A DNA stretch of 64,000 nucleotides, from contig JBLNEW010000012.1 in the NCBI GenBank assembly GCA_050263095.1, positions 7,572 to 71,571 of the forward strand, given 5' to 3'. The notes beneath the pieces were generated by a model. The model had not been told where the DNA came from. It ran no database searches and saw nothing but the letters and a program-made list of their open reading frames with translations. Position 1 is the first letter of the stretch, and each line of letters starts with the position of its first letter. This stretch comes from Deltaproteobacteria bacterium (GTDB taxonomy: Bacteria > Desulfobacterota > Deferrimicrobia > Deferrimicrobiales > Deferrimicrobiaceae). Of this stretch, positions 30,892 to 40,164 are shown piece by piece. Made by a program: the position numbers and the translations under genes.

Positions 30892-31797
30892 CTAGGTACG
30901 GATTCCTTCGTCGGCGATGAGCCGGGGGCCGCCGCTCTCCTTGGCGACCTGCGCGCGCACGAGCCTTTCCATGATTCTCAGATCGGAATCGTCCAGGCTT
31001 AGGGCGGTGTCCACCCAGATATCGGCGGTTCTCTCCAATTCTTCCTTGGCGACGCGGAACACCTCCTGGCGGACCTTGCTGATCCCCTGCCTTGCTTTTA
31101 TCCTCCGGGAATGGTTCTTTATGAACTCGTATACCGCTTTCTCCCCGCCGCCGTCCTCCGAAAGGATGTCCACCACGCCTTTTTGGTGCAACTCCTCGGC
31201 CGTGTATACGTTTCCGCTGGTCATTATCTCCTCTACCTGCTTCATTCCAACCCTTCTTGCCAGGAAGTGATAAGCCCCCATGCCGGGAAACAGGTTGAAC
31301 AGTATTTCCGGCAGGCCGAACCTCGCGCGCTTCTCTGCGATCATGATCGAACAGCACAAGGCCGCCTCGAATCCCCCTCCGAGGGCATCGCCCTGGACAA
31401 GGGAAATCGTGGTCATCGGAAGATTGTAATTGGCCGACTGGATGTAGACGTTGTCGATGCAAAGCTGCGCATATCTCCTGAGCCCCTCGCGGTCCCGCTC
31501 CGATATCATTTTCTTGAAAAGAAATATGTCTCCCCCGTAACTGAATATGGCGGGATGTTTGGACGCGAGAACGGTGTAAAGGATAGGAAGGGAACCCGAC
31601 TTCGAAAGGTGATCCCTGCCGTATTCCTCGATATTGTCGTAGCAGCGCTTCAGGCTCTCGAGCAAGGGTTCGTTGAAGCAGGACCTCCCCTCGGGATCGA
31701 GGAACGTCCAAAGGACTTTGTGGGAGGGATCGAATCTTAATTTGAGCTGCTTCGCCGACTCGAACACCGGGGGGAATCGCTGTACGGAAACCTGCAT
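30892..31797 (-). CDS. rpfF: DSF-family signal synthase RpfF homologue (crotonase superfamily)
   Basis: Long near-identical stretches to Xanthomonas RpfF as I recall it (LVQGDALGGGFEAAL, GLPEILFNLFPGMGAY, IWVDTA, MERLVRAQ). Both catalytic Glu positions are present. Confidence 0.75.
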   Translation of the reverse strand: MQVSVQRFPPVFESAKQLKLRFDPSHKVLWTFLDPEGRSCFNEPLLESLKRCYDNIEEYGRDHLSKSGSLPILYTVLASKHPAIFSYGGDIFLFKKMISERDREGLRRYAQLCIDNVYIQSANYNLPMTTISLVQGDALGGGFEAALCCSIMIAEKRARFGLPEILFNLFPGMGAYHFLARRVGMKQVEEIMTSGNVYTAEELHQKGVVDILSEDGGGEKAVYEFIKNHSRRIKARQGISKVRQEVFRVAKEELERTADIWVDTALSLDDSDLRIMERLVRAQVAKESGGPRLIADEGIRT

Positions 31798-32094
31798 GGT
31801 GTCTCCTTTTATCGGTTTTCCCGCGTCAATATCGGCATGACGAAAAATTTGTCCATATTGGGAAAATTCAAAACCTTATGCCGCGTCCGTCCCTCCACGC
31901 CGGAAAGGAAAAACAATCGCATTCGGTTACACTTATATATGGCCGAATAAAATTCCGCTGAATCCGATTCAGTACTTTGACCCCCCGGTCGTGCATAAAA
32001 TAATATAGGCGGATCGAAAAATTGCAAATCTTATTTTTTGCTTGGTGTTTGAAGCGTCGAATGAAAGTAAAAAATTAAATGCATTTTCACGCGA
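31798..32094. promoter_or_regulatory. AT-rich (about 35% GC) 300-bp regulatory region upstream of rpfF, with a 15-bp palindrome
   Basis: Strong compositional drop relative to the 65% GC background. CTGAATCcGATTCAG palindrome at 31959-31973. The ATTCGG...CCGAAT inverted repeat at 31921-31948 listed in the findings was not verified. Several A/T tracts. Confidence 0.5.
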
Positions 32095-33144
32095 TCATCC
32101 GCGCCGCCTGTGGTCGTCGGTCAGTGGAAAAGTTTTCCCATAAACGATCTGTCGTACCCCATCGAGGAAATCGAGCGGGAATCCCAGCTCGATCCTGCTC
32201 GCTTCGTCCAGGCGCTTAATCTGCTCCGGCGCCAGGCGGAACTCGAGCACGCCCAGGTTGTCCCTGAGCTGGGAAACCTTCGTCGCGCCGACTATCGGGA
32301 TCATCACGCCGCGCTCGCGCTGCCTCACCCAGGACATGGCCACCTGCGATGCGCTGCGGCCCGTCTCGGCGGCTACCGCCGCGACCTCATCCGCGATCCG
32401 GAAGTTCCGTTCCGTCAGGAATGCGTCACCCCACTGCGCGGCGGTCGAAAAACGCGTCTCTTTCGGACGGTCCTTGCCGGCCCTGTATTTGCCGGTAAGG
32501 ACGCCGCCCCCTAACGTCCCCCAAGGCGTCACCGCGAGGTCCAGCGCCTCCGCCATCGGCAGCAGGTCCCGCTCCGGGGTGCGCTCGATGAGGCTGTAAG
32601 GAATCTGCAGCCCGACGAAAGGCGTCCATCCCTTCAGGTCCGCGAGCGTGTTCGCCCGCGCAACGGCCCACGCGGGCGTGTCGGAGATGCCGGCATACAG
32701 GATTTTCCCCGAGCGCACCGCGTCGTCCAGGGCGCGCATCAGCTCGTCCGCGGGAGTCATGGGGTCCCACGCGTGGACCCAGTAGAGGTCGACGTAATCG
32801 GTGCGGAGCCGCGCCAGGCTGGCTTCCAGGGACTGCGCCAGGTTCTTGCGATGATTCCCGCCGGCGTTGGGGTCGTCGGGGCTCATGTTCAGGGTGTACT
32901 TCGTGGCGATCACGAACCGCTCGCGATCCGAAGCCACGAACTCCCCGACGAACCTTTCGCTGGTGCCGTTCGTGTAGTAGTTGGCGGTGTCGATGAAGTT
33001 CCCGCCCGCTTCGGCGTATGCCTCGAATATCCTGCGGCTCTCCTCCCTGGACGCGCCCCACCCCCACTCTTCCCCGAAGGTCATCGCTCCAAGGCAGATT
33101 TCCGACACCCTGAGGCCGCTTCTTCCCATCAGCTTGTACCGCAT
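32095..33144 (-). CDS. Aldo/keto reductase
   Basis: AKR motifs (IDTANYY, GISD). 349 aa. Confidence 0.8.
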   Translation of the reverse strand: MRYKLMGRSGLRVSEICLGAMTFGEEWGWGASREESRRIFEAYAEAGGNFIDTANYYTNGTSERFVGEFVASDRERFVIATKYTLNMSPDDPNAGGNHRKNLAQSLEASLARLRTDYVDLYWVHAWDPMTPADELMRALDDAVRSGKILYAGISDTPAWAVARANTLADLKGWTPFVGLQIPYSLIERTPERDLLPMAEALDLAVTPWGTLGGGVLTGKYRAGKDRPKETRFSTAAQWGDAFLTERNFRIADEVAAVAAETGRSASQVAMSWVRQRERGVMIPIVGATKVSQLRDNLGVLEFRLAPEQIKRLDEASRIELGFPLDFLDGVRQIVYGKTFPLTDDHRRRG

Positions 33145-33214
33145 GTGCCCTCCTTCCGCGCGAATAACCCATCAAGGCAGGCGCATCCGGCCAGTATGAT
33201 GTCGTTACGGCCCG

Positions 33215-33688
33215 TCAGGTCTCAACCCACTCCTCCTGCAGGACTTCGCCCTGCAGGCTAACCACCACGTACCGGATCGGGACCTTCCTCGAGCTTCCCT
33301 GAAGGGCCTGGACCGCCGTCGCCAGGAGTCCCCTGCAACAGGGAACCTGCATGATCAGCACCGTCAACGTGTTTATCCCCGAGTCCTCGTAAAGCGCCCT
33401 GATCTTCTCGACATAGGCTTCCTGCCCCCCGTCCAGCTTCGGGCATGCGATCGCCAGCGATTTCCCCTTCAGGAAATCGTTATGGAAGTTCGCCATGGCG
33501 AACGGGACGCAGTCGGCCGCAAGGACCACGTCCGCCCCCTGGAAATAGGGCGCTCCCGGAGATACCAGGTGCAGCTGGATCGGCCACTGCCGCAGCTGCG
33601 AAGGAACCTTGGCGGCGGTTCCGCCCTGTGCCTCCTCCTTCTTGAACTCGATCGTCCTGGACCCCGGGCATCCTGAAAATCCGCTCAT
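33215..33688 (-). CDS. Cys-rich redox protein, possibly MvhD/FlpD-like Fe-S subunit
   Basis: Cys motifs (AADCVPF, ACPKLDGG, VPCCRG). ATGA overlap with the upstream hemerythrin-like gene. GGAGGTGA RBS. Confidence 0.3.
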   Translation of the reverse strand: MSGFSGCPGSRTIEFKKEEAQGGTAAKVPSQLRQWPIQLHLVSPGAPYFQGADVVLAADCVPFAMANFHNDFLKGKSLAIACPKLDGGQEAYVEKIRALYEDSGINTLTVLIMQVPCCRGLLATAVQALQGSSRKVPIRYVVVSLQGEVLQEEWVET

Positions 33689-34488
33689 CGCCTCACCTCC
33701 GTGCTGCGCTCAAGAAACGTTTCCTCCAGCGTTTCGACAAATGTCTCGTACTTTTCCCGTGTATGCGCGAACCGTTCATCCGCCTCGCGGAACTTCGAGA
33801 ACATCTCGCCCACCTGGCGGACCGACAGGCTCCTGTCCATCCATGGATAAAGGATCTCGTCCTCCTTTTTTATGTGCTCCGAAAGGACCCCCGCATAGCC
33901 GAAGAGGTTTGCGGCTACCCCGTCCCGATCCCCCTGCTCCAGGGCGCCCAGGATCCCCTTCACGTGGCCCCTGCCCCGCCTGTGGTCCTCGTGCATCGCC
34001 TTGAGTATGTCGAGCTCGGGATCGAAGTACGCGAACAGTATGTCCTCCTCCTTGGCGTGATGGAAGCGGTCCGCATAGCTGCGTATGAAGTCCACGCCGT
34101 CGAGAACAAGCTGCCGCCCGCGCTCCGATTCCAGCTCCAGCCTTTCGGCGAATTCGGGAACGAGGGCGATGAACCTCTTTATAAGCGTGTGCTCTCCGAC
34201 CAGAAGCTTCATGGGGGCCGACAAGGCGGCGCCGCCCGGGCGGGCCGGACGGGATTTCCTCGATTCCGGCAGCCTGACATCCTCTCCCGGGGCGACGACG
34301 GAGGCGACCTGCTTCATCAAGGCGCTCTCGTCCTCGGGAGACAGGTTATGAATCTCCATTATGTCTCCGAAGAGGCACGACCCCACGCTGCAGGGAACGC
34401 AGCCGATGCCGCGTCCGTCGAGGATCGCTCCCACCCCCTGGAACCGGTCGATCAGCTCCTTTATCGGGATTCCCAGATACCGCTCCAT
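33685..34488 (-). CDS. Hemerythrin-like (HHE cation-binding) domain protein with a CxxC-containing N-terminal domain (RIC/ScdA-like architecture)
   Basis: N-terminal GCVPCSVGSC. C-terminal hemerythrin-like His/Glu/Asp residues (HHAKEED, HEDHRRGRGH, HIKKEDE). GGAAGGAG RBS 5 nt before ATG 34488. Confidence 0.5.
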   Translation of the reverse strand: MERYLGIPIKELIDRFQGVGAILDGRGIGCVPCSVGSCLFGDIMEIHNLSPEDESALMKQVASVVAPGEDVRLPESRKSRPARPGGAALSAPMKLLVGEHTLIKRFIALVPEFAERLELESERGRQLVLDGVDFIRSYADRFHHAKEEDILFAYFDPELDILKAMHEDHRRGRGHVKGILGALEQGDRDGVAANLFGYAGVLSEHIKKEDEILYPWMDRSLSVRQVGEMFSKFREADERFAHTREKYETFVETLEETFLERSTEVRR

Positions 34489-34596
34489 GGATTCTCCTTC
34501 CATTTCCCTTTTGCGCCATTCTCCGGCAGGCGGCCCCCGATGTCCTTGACGGAGGTCAAGTGTGAATTTTCCCTCCAGGTCCGGCGATAAGAATCT

Positions 34597-36825
34597 ATGA
34601 TGCCAAGCGAAAATACATTTTCGGGCCGTTCCACAAAGTCCTTCTTCTCGTGGCCTATCCGGCGCCATCTCATGCTGCTCGTTTTTCTGGCGGTCCTTCC
34701 GTCGTTGGGGATAATCCTTTACACGGGTCTTGAAACCCGGCGCAATACCCTCGCGGAGGCGCGGCGGGACCTGTCTCATCTCATGGAGCAGCTCGTTTCG
34801 GCCCAGGAAAACCTCGCGGACCAGTCGCGATACATGTTCGAGACGCTTTCGGAGCTGCCCGAGATCCATAGCCTGGACCCTGCCGCCTGCAACCGCCTTT
34901 TCGATTCCCTTCTGCGCCGCATGCCCCATTACGCCAATATCTTTTCGATGGACACGAAGGGAAACGTCATAGCCTCGGGGGTGCCCGTCAAGCCCATAAA
35001 CGCTTCGGACCGCAAATATTTCCGCGAGGCAGTCGAGACGCGAGGCTTCTCCGTAGGGGAATATGCGGTAAGCAGGTCGACGGGGAAACCGTCCCTCCAC
35101 TTCGCATACCCCGTGTACGACAAGGACAGGGACCTCCTGACGGTGGTCGCGGCCGCGTTCGACATCCAGCATTTCGAGATGACCTACGCAAGGAAAGCTA
35201 TGCCGAAGGATTCGATGCTCCTGATCACGGACCACGCCGGGGTCGTCCTGCACGACTCCCGGAATTCCTCCGGCGGCGGAACCGTCACGGGGGAGGTGAA
35301 GATTCTCGAAGCATTGAAGAATCCGGGGCGCGAAGGGATGTTCAACGCCCGTTTATCCGACGGGGTCCAGCGGCTTTTTGCGTATCGAAAGCTTCGCCTT
35401 TCCCCTTCCATGCCTCCCTACCTGCTTGTCGCTGCCGGCATCCCGGAGACCCATATTTTCGGGGGCCCTCAAGATATCCTCACGCGCAACCTCCTGTTTC
35501 TCGGCATCGCCACCCTCCTCGCGGCCGCGGCCGCCTGGATCCTCGGGAACTTCGTCATAGTCGACAGGATCAAGGCACTGGTCACGGTCTCGCAGCAGCT
35601 CGGCAACGGAGACCTGTCGGCGCGCGCCGGCCTTCATCATTCAGGCGGCGAGCTGGGGGTCCTGGCGAAATCCTTCGACGAGATGGCCGAATCGGTCGAG
35701 CGGGACATCTCGGAACGCAAACTGGCGCAGGAGGCGCTGCGTCACTCGGAGGAGAGGTACCGCCAGGTAGTGGAGAACGCCAGCGACGCCATCTTCGTGG
35801 CCAGGGGCGGATTCATCACGTTCACGAATCCGCGGCTGACGGAGAAGACGGGGTATTCCCCGGAAGAAATCGCGGCCGTTCCCTTCACTCGATTCATCCA
35901 TCCCGAAGACCGGGAGATGGTTGCCGACCGCCACAGGAAACGGCTGCAGGGACAAGCGCCCCCCACCAGCTACCCCTTCCGGATCCTCACCAGATCGGGA
36001 GGGATGCTGTGGGTGGAAATCGCCTCGGTTCTCGTAAACTGGGAGGGTGAGCCGGCCACGCTCAATTTCCTGAGGGACATCACCCATCAAAAGAACCTGG
36101 AGGGGCAGCTTATCCACTCGCAGAAAATGGAAGCCGTGGGCGCGCTGGCCGGGGGGATCGCGCACGACTTCAACAACCTCCTCCAGGCCATATCCGGCTT
36201 CGCGGCGCTCCTGCTCCTGGACATGCCGGACGACGACAGGCGCCGGTCCCATCTCCTGAACATCGAGAAGGCGACCGGCCGCGCCTCCGAGCTCGTGAGA
36301 GGGCTCCTGGCATTCAGCCGCCGGGAGGAATCCCCGCAGGTGCCCATCGACCTAAACGCCGCGGCAGCTTCCGCGGTCGAGCTTTTGAGGCGCGCGGTAC
36401 CGAAGACGATCAGGGTCGAGGCGCGCTTTTCGCCTGGCCTTCCGCAGGTCCGGGGCGCCGCTTCGCAGATAGAACACGCGATCATGAACCTGGGAACCAA
36501 CTCCCGCGACGCCATGCCGCAAGGGGGCGTGATATCCGTCGAAACGGGCCAGTGCCAGGTATCGGCGGACGACCTCCGCCGGCCCGATGACGCCATCCCC
36601 GGCAGTTACGTCGTCCTGCGGGTCAAGGACACGGGCGTTGGAATGGACGCCGTGACGATGAACAGGATGTTCGATCCGTTTTTCACGACGAAGGAGGTAG
36701 GGGCGGGATCCGGCCTGGGCCTTTCCGCCGTCTACGGGATCGTAAAGAGCCACAACGGATGGATCCGCTGCGAGAGCGAGCCGGGCAAGGGAGCCTGTTT
36801 CGAGCTTTATTTCCCGGCCCTCTAG
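34597..36825 (+). CDS. Sensor histidine kinase (periplasmic Cache-like sensor, HAMP, PAS, HisKA, HATPase)
   Basis: TM, extracytoplasmic domain, TM, HAMP, PAS. H-box AHDFNNLLQAI. N/G boxes. No receiver domain. Confidence 0.75.
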   Translation: MMPSENTFSGRSTKSFFSWPIRRHLMLLVFLAVLPSLGIILYTGLETRRNTLAEARRDLSHLMEQLVSAQENLADQSRYMFETLSELPEIHSLDPAACNRLFDSLLRRMPHYANIFSMDTKGNVIASGVPVKPINASDRKYFREAVETRGFSVGEYAVSRSTGKPSLHFAYPVYDKDRDLLTVVAAAFDIQHFEMTYARKAMPKDSMLLITDHAGVVLHDSRNSSGGGTVTGEVKILEALKNPGREGMFNARLSDGVQRLFAYRKLRLSPSMPPYLLVAAGIPETHIFGGPQDILTRNLLFLGIATLLAAAAAWILGNFVIVDRIKALVTVSQQLGNGDLSARAGLHHSGGELGVLAKSFDEMAESVERDISERKLAQEALRHSEERYRQVVENASDAIFVARGGFITFTNPRLTEKTGYSPEEIAAVPFTRFIHPEDREMVADRHRKRLQGQAPPTSYPFRILTRSGGMLWVEIASVLVNWEGEPATLNFLRDITHQKNLEGQLIHSQKMEAVGALAGGIAHDFNNLLQAISGFAALLLLDMPDDDRRRSHLLNIEKATGRASELVRGLLAFSRREESPQVPIDLNAAAASAVELLRRAVPKTIRVEARFSPGLPQVRGAASQIEHAIMNLGTNSRDAMPQGGVISVETGQCQVSADDLRRPDDAIPGSYVVLRVKDTGVGMDAVTMNRMFDPFFTTKEVGAGSGLGLSAVYGIVKSHNGWIRCESEPGKGACFELYFPAL

Positions 36826-36868
36826 CGGGCGCCGATCGACCGCCGGTTGTATAATCTTCTTACGGGAC

Positions 36869-37750
36869 ATGCAACCGACCAGGCATACAACGGGAATCTT
36901 TTACCATCCGTCGTTTTCCCGGCGCAGCTATCTGACCGTCGGGGCGCGGCTGGCCGACTTCCCCATGGCGCTGGACCCGGTGATTGCCGGCGGAAAAGCC
37001 AGGATGTACGAGCCGGCCCCCGTCTCGCGGGACTTGCTGCTCAAGATCCATACCGCCGACCTGCTGGAAGGCGTCAAGGGGGATCCCCTCTGCTCCACCG
37101 CCTGGCACTCGGCGGGGGGCGTGGTGTCGGCTGGGGAGAAAATCGCAGGCGGAGAGATAACCAACGCCTTCGCATTCATAGGCGCGGGCGGGCACCATTC
37201 GGGGCGGGACTATTTCGGCGGATATTGCTGCTTCAACGACGTGGCGCTATGCATCGTCAACCTGCGGGAGAAATTCGGCCTTAAGCGTTTCGCCATCCTC
37301 GACACCGACGCCCACCACGGCGACGGCACCCGCGACCTTTTCCGGGACGACCCGGATATCCTGCACGTATGCGTTTGCGGCACGGATTTCGAATCTCCCG
37401 ACGGCACGAAAGTCGACATCTCTTATGAAGGACTCCCGGGCGGCCGCCGCGAAGAATCGGCCGCCAACGACGCGTATTTCGACCTGGTCTCCCGGAATTT
37501 CCCCGGCAGGGCCTCCAGGTTCGGGCCCGACTTCGTTTTCTGGTATTTCGGCTTCGACACGCACCGGGGCGACTACGGCGACATCGGCCTTACGGGGCCT
37601 TGCTACTGGAACATCGCGATTATGATGAGGAACTTGGCGAGGGAAGCGTGCGGGGGAAAGCTCGAGGTGGTTCTTGGCGGCGGTTCCCATACGCAGCTGG
37701 CCACCTACCTGATACCTCCGATAATAGAAAGGCTGGCCGGGAAGGACTGA
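36869..37750 (+). CDS. Histone deacetylase-family amidohydrolase (AcuC/HDAC-like)
   Basis: ILDTDAHHGDGT and GGGH motifs. Confidence 0.75.
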   Translation: MQPTRHTTGIFYHPSFSRRSYLTVGARLADFPMALDPVIAGGKARMYEPAPVSRDLLLKIHTADLLEGVKGDPLCSTAWHSAGGVVSAGEKIAGGEITNAFAFIGAGGHHSGRDYFGGYCCFNDVALCIVNLREKFGLKRFAILDTDAHHGDGTRDLFRDDPDILHVCVCGTDFESPDGTKVDISYEGLPGGRREESAANDAYFDLVSRNFPGRASRFGPDFVFWYFGFDTHRGDYGDIGLTGPCYWNIAIMMRNLAREACGGKLEVVLGGGSHTQLATYLIPPIIERLAGKD

Positions 37751-37825
37751 AGGCGTCCGGCCCCTGCTTTTTCTATATACAGTATACAGTCCGGTATGTG
37801 GTATAGTTCGGGGCAACGTTTTTAA

Positions 37826-38821
<996 letters not shown>

Positions 38822-38877
38822 GCCGGCAAAACAGTCCCCCCCGGGCCCGTTTTCGCCCAAGAGCCTTAAAGAAGATA

Positions 38878-38912
38878 TCCGGCCGGAAGGGAGTCTCCCT
38901 TCCGGCCGGACC
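38878..38912 (+). terminator. Putative terminator after mdh
   Basis: CCGGCCGGAAGGGAgtcTCCCTTCCGGCCGG hairpin. The T tract is weak. Confidence 0.4.
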
Positions 38913-38936
38913 CGTTTCCGGCTAGTATTAACTATC

Positions 38937-39488
38937 TTGCGGAGGAAACGGGCCTTGGCGAAGAGAATTCTCCCTCACCCCCCGAAAAGCTGGCGGGCGG
39001 ATGCCGTGCAGGCGATCAAATCCTTCGATCCCTCGATACAGGCCGAGGCCGCGCGCATCCTGAAACGACGCGAAACCATGACGGCGCTGGCCTACATGAT
39101 GGAGGCCGCCGGCGGATCGTTCAACCCCGGCAATTTCTACCACGCCCTGAGGATCTGCTCCGACTGCGCCACGCCGCGGCGCCCGCCATTCGCCAGCCGC
39201 AAGAGGGCCGGGGAAATAGCGTCCGCGATAGGCACGCTTCTCGAGTCGGAGGAGATCTCGTTTTTCCTCAAGGAGACCGTCGAGGGCCGGACGGCCAGGC
39301 GCCAGCTGGACAAGGCGAAAACTTTCGCCGAGGAATTCACGAAGATCCGCAAGGGCGCAAGGATCAGGTTCGAGCAGCAGGATTGTTTCCTGCGGCTCTA
39401 CAAGCTTTTTCATTCCATATACAAGCGTCCCGTGATCAAGGCGGTCAGGAGCTGGATGAAGGCCGCCTTCCCGCGCAAGACGATTTGA
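38937..39488 (+). CDS. Hypothetical protein
   Basis: 183-aa basic protein. No recognisable domain. Confidence 0.3.
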   Translation: MRRKRALAKRILPHPPKSWRADAVQAIKSFDPSIQAEAARILKRRETMTALAYMMEAAGGSFNPGNFYHALRICSDCATPRRPPFASRKRAGEIASAIGTLLESEEISFFLKETVEGRTARRQLDKAKTFAEEFTKIRKGARIRFEQQDCFLRLYKLFHSIYKRPVIKAVRSWMKAAFPRKTI

Positions 39489-39512
39489 CTTTTTGAAGGG
39501 GCGTCGCATTAA

Positions 39513-40163
39513 ATGAAAAAACCTCATCCCGTCACCGGAGGGATACCGATGAAGCTTGCGCTGCTCGCCGGCGTCGTGCTGCTTGCCGCAGCCTGCGCCA
39601 CGGTGCCGCCGGCACGCCCGCCGTCGGGCCGGACCTCCGTAGTCCTGCTTCCCGACGAGCACGGAAAAACCGGCGCGGTCGTCGTTTCCGGCGGGGGAAG
39701 CGAGCGCACGCTTTCGGAGCCGCGCCAGGCGGTCAGCGTCGAAGCGGGCGCGTCGCCCGGGAAGACGTTCGTCATGCCCGAGAAGGAGGTGACAGCCGCC
39801 GTAGGCGCTGCCCTGGAAACGCTTCCGAAGGCGCCGGTACGATACATCCTCTACTTCAAGCACGACTCCGCCGAGCTTACCGCCGAATCGCGGTCCAGGC
39901 TCAAGGAAGTGATGCGCGCCACCAGGGCGCGCGCTCCGGTCGACGTCAGCGTCGTGGGCCACACCGACACGGTCGGCGACAAGCCTTACAACTACCAGCT
40001 CTCCCTCAAGCGAGCCAAGGCGGTGGCGGCCATTCTTGCGGCGGAGGGGCTGGATCCTTCCATACTGGAGATCGCCTCCCACGGAAAGGACAATCCGCTC
40101 ATCCCCACCGGCGACCAGGTTTCCGAGCCCAGGAACCGCCGCGTTGAGGTGACGGTGCGATAA
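39513..40163 (+). CDS. OmpA-family peptidoglycan-binding lipoprotein
   Basis: Lipobox LLAAAC. OmpA C-terminal-like motifs (GHTDTVGDKPYNYQLSLKRA, NRRVEV). Confidence 0.6.
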   Translation: MKKPHPVTGGIPMKLALLAGVVLLAAACATVPPARPPSGRTSVVLLPDEHGKTGAVVVSGGGSERTLSEPRQAVSVEAGASPGKTFVMPEKEVTAAVGAALETLPKAPVRYILYFKHDSAELTAESRSRLKEVMRATRARAPVDVSVVGHTDTVGDKPYNYQLSLKRAKAVAAILAAEGLDPSILEIASHGKDNPLIPTGDQVSEPRNRRVEVTVR

Positions 40164-40164
40164 G

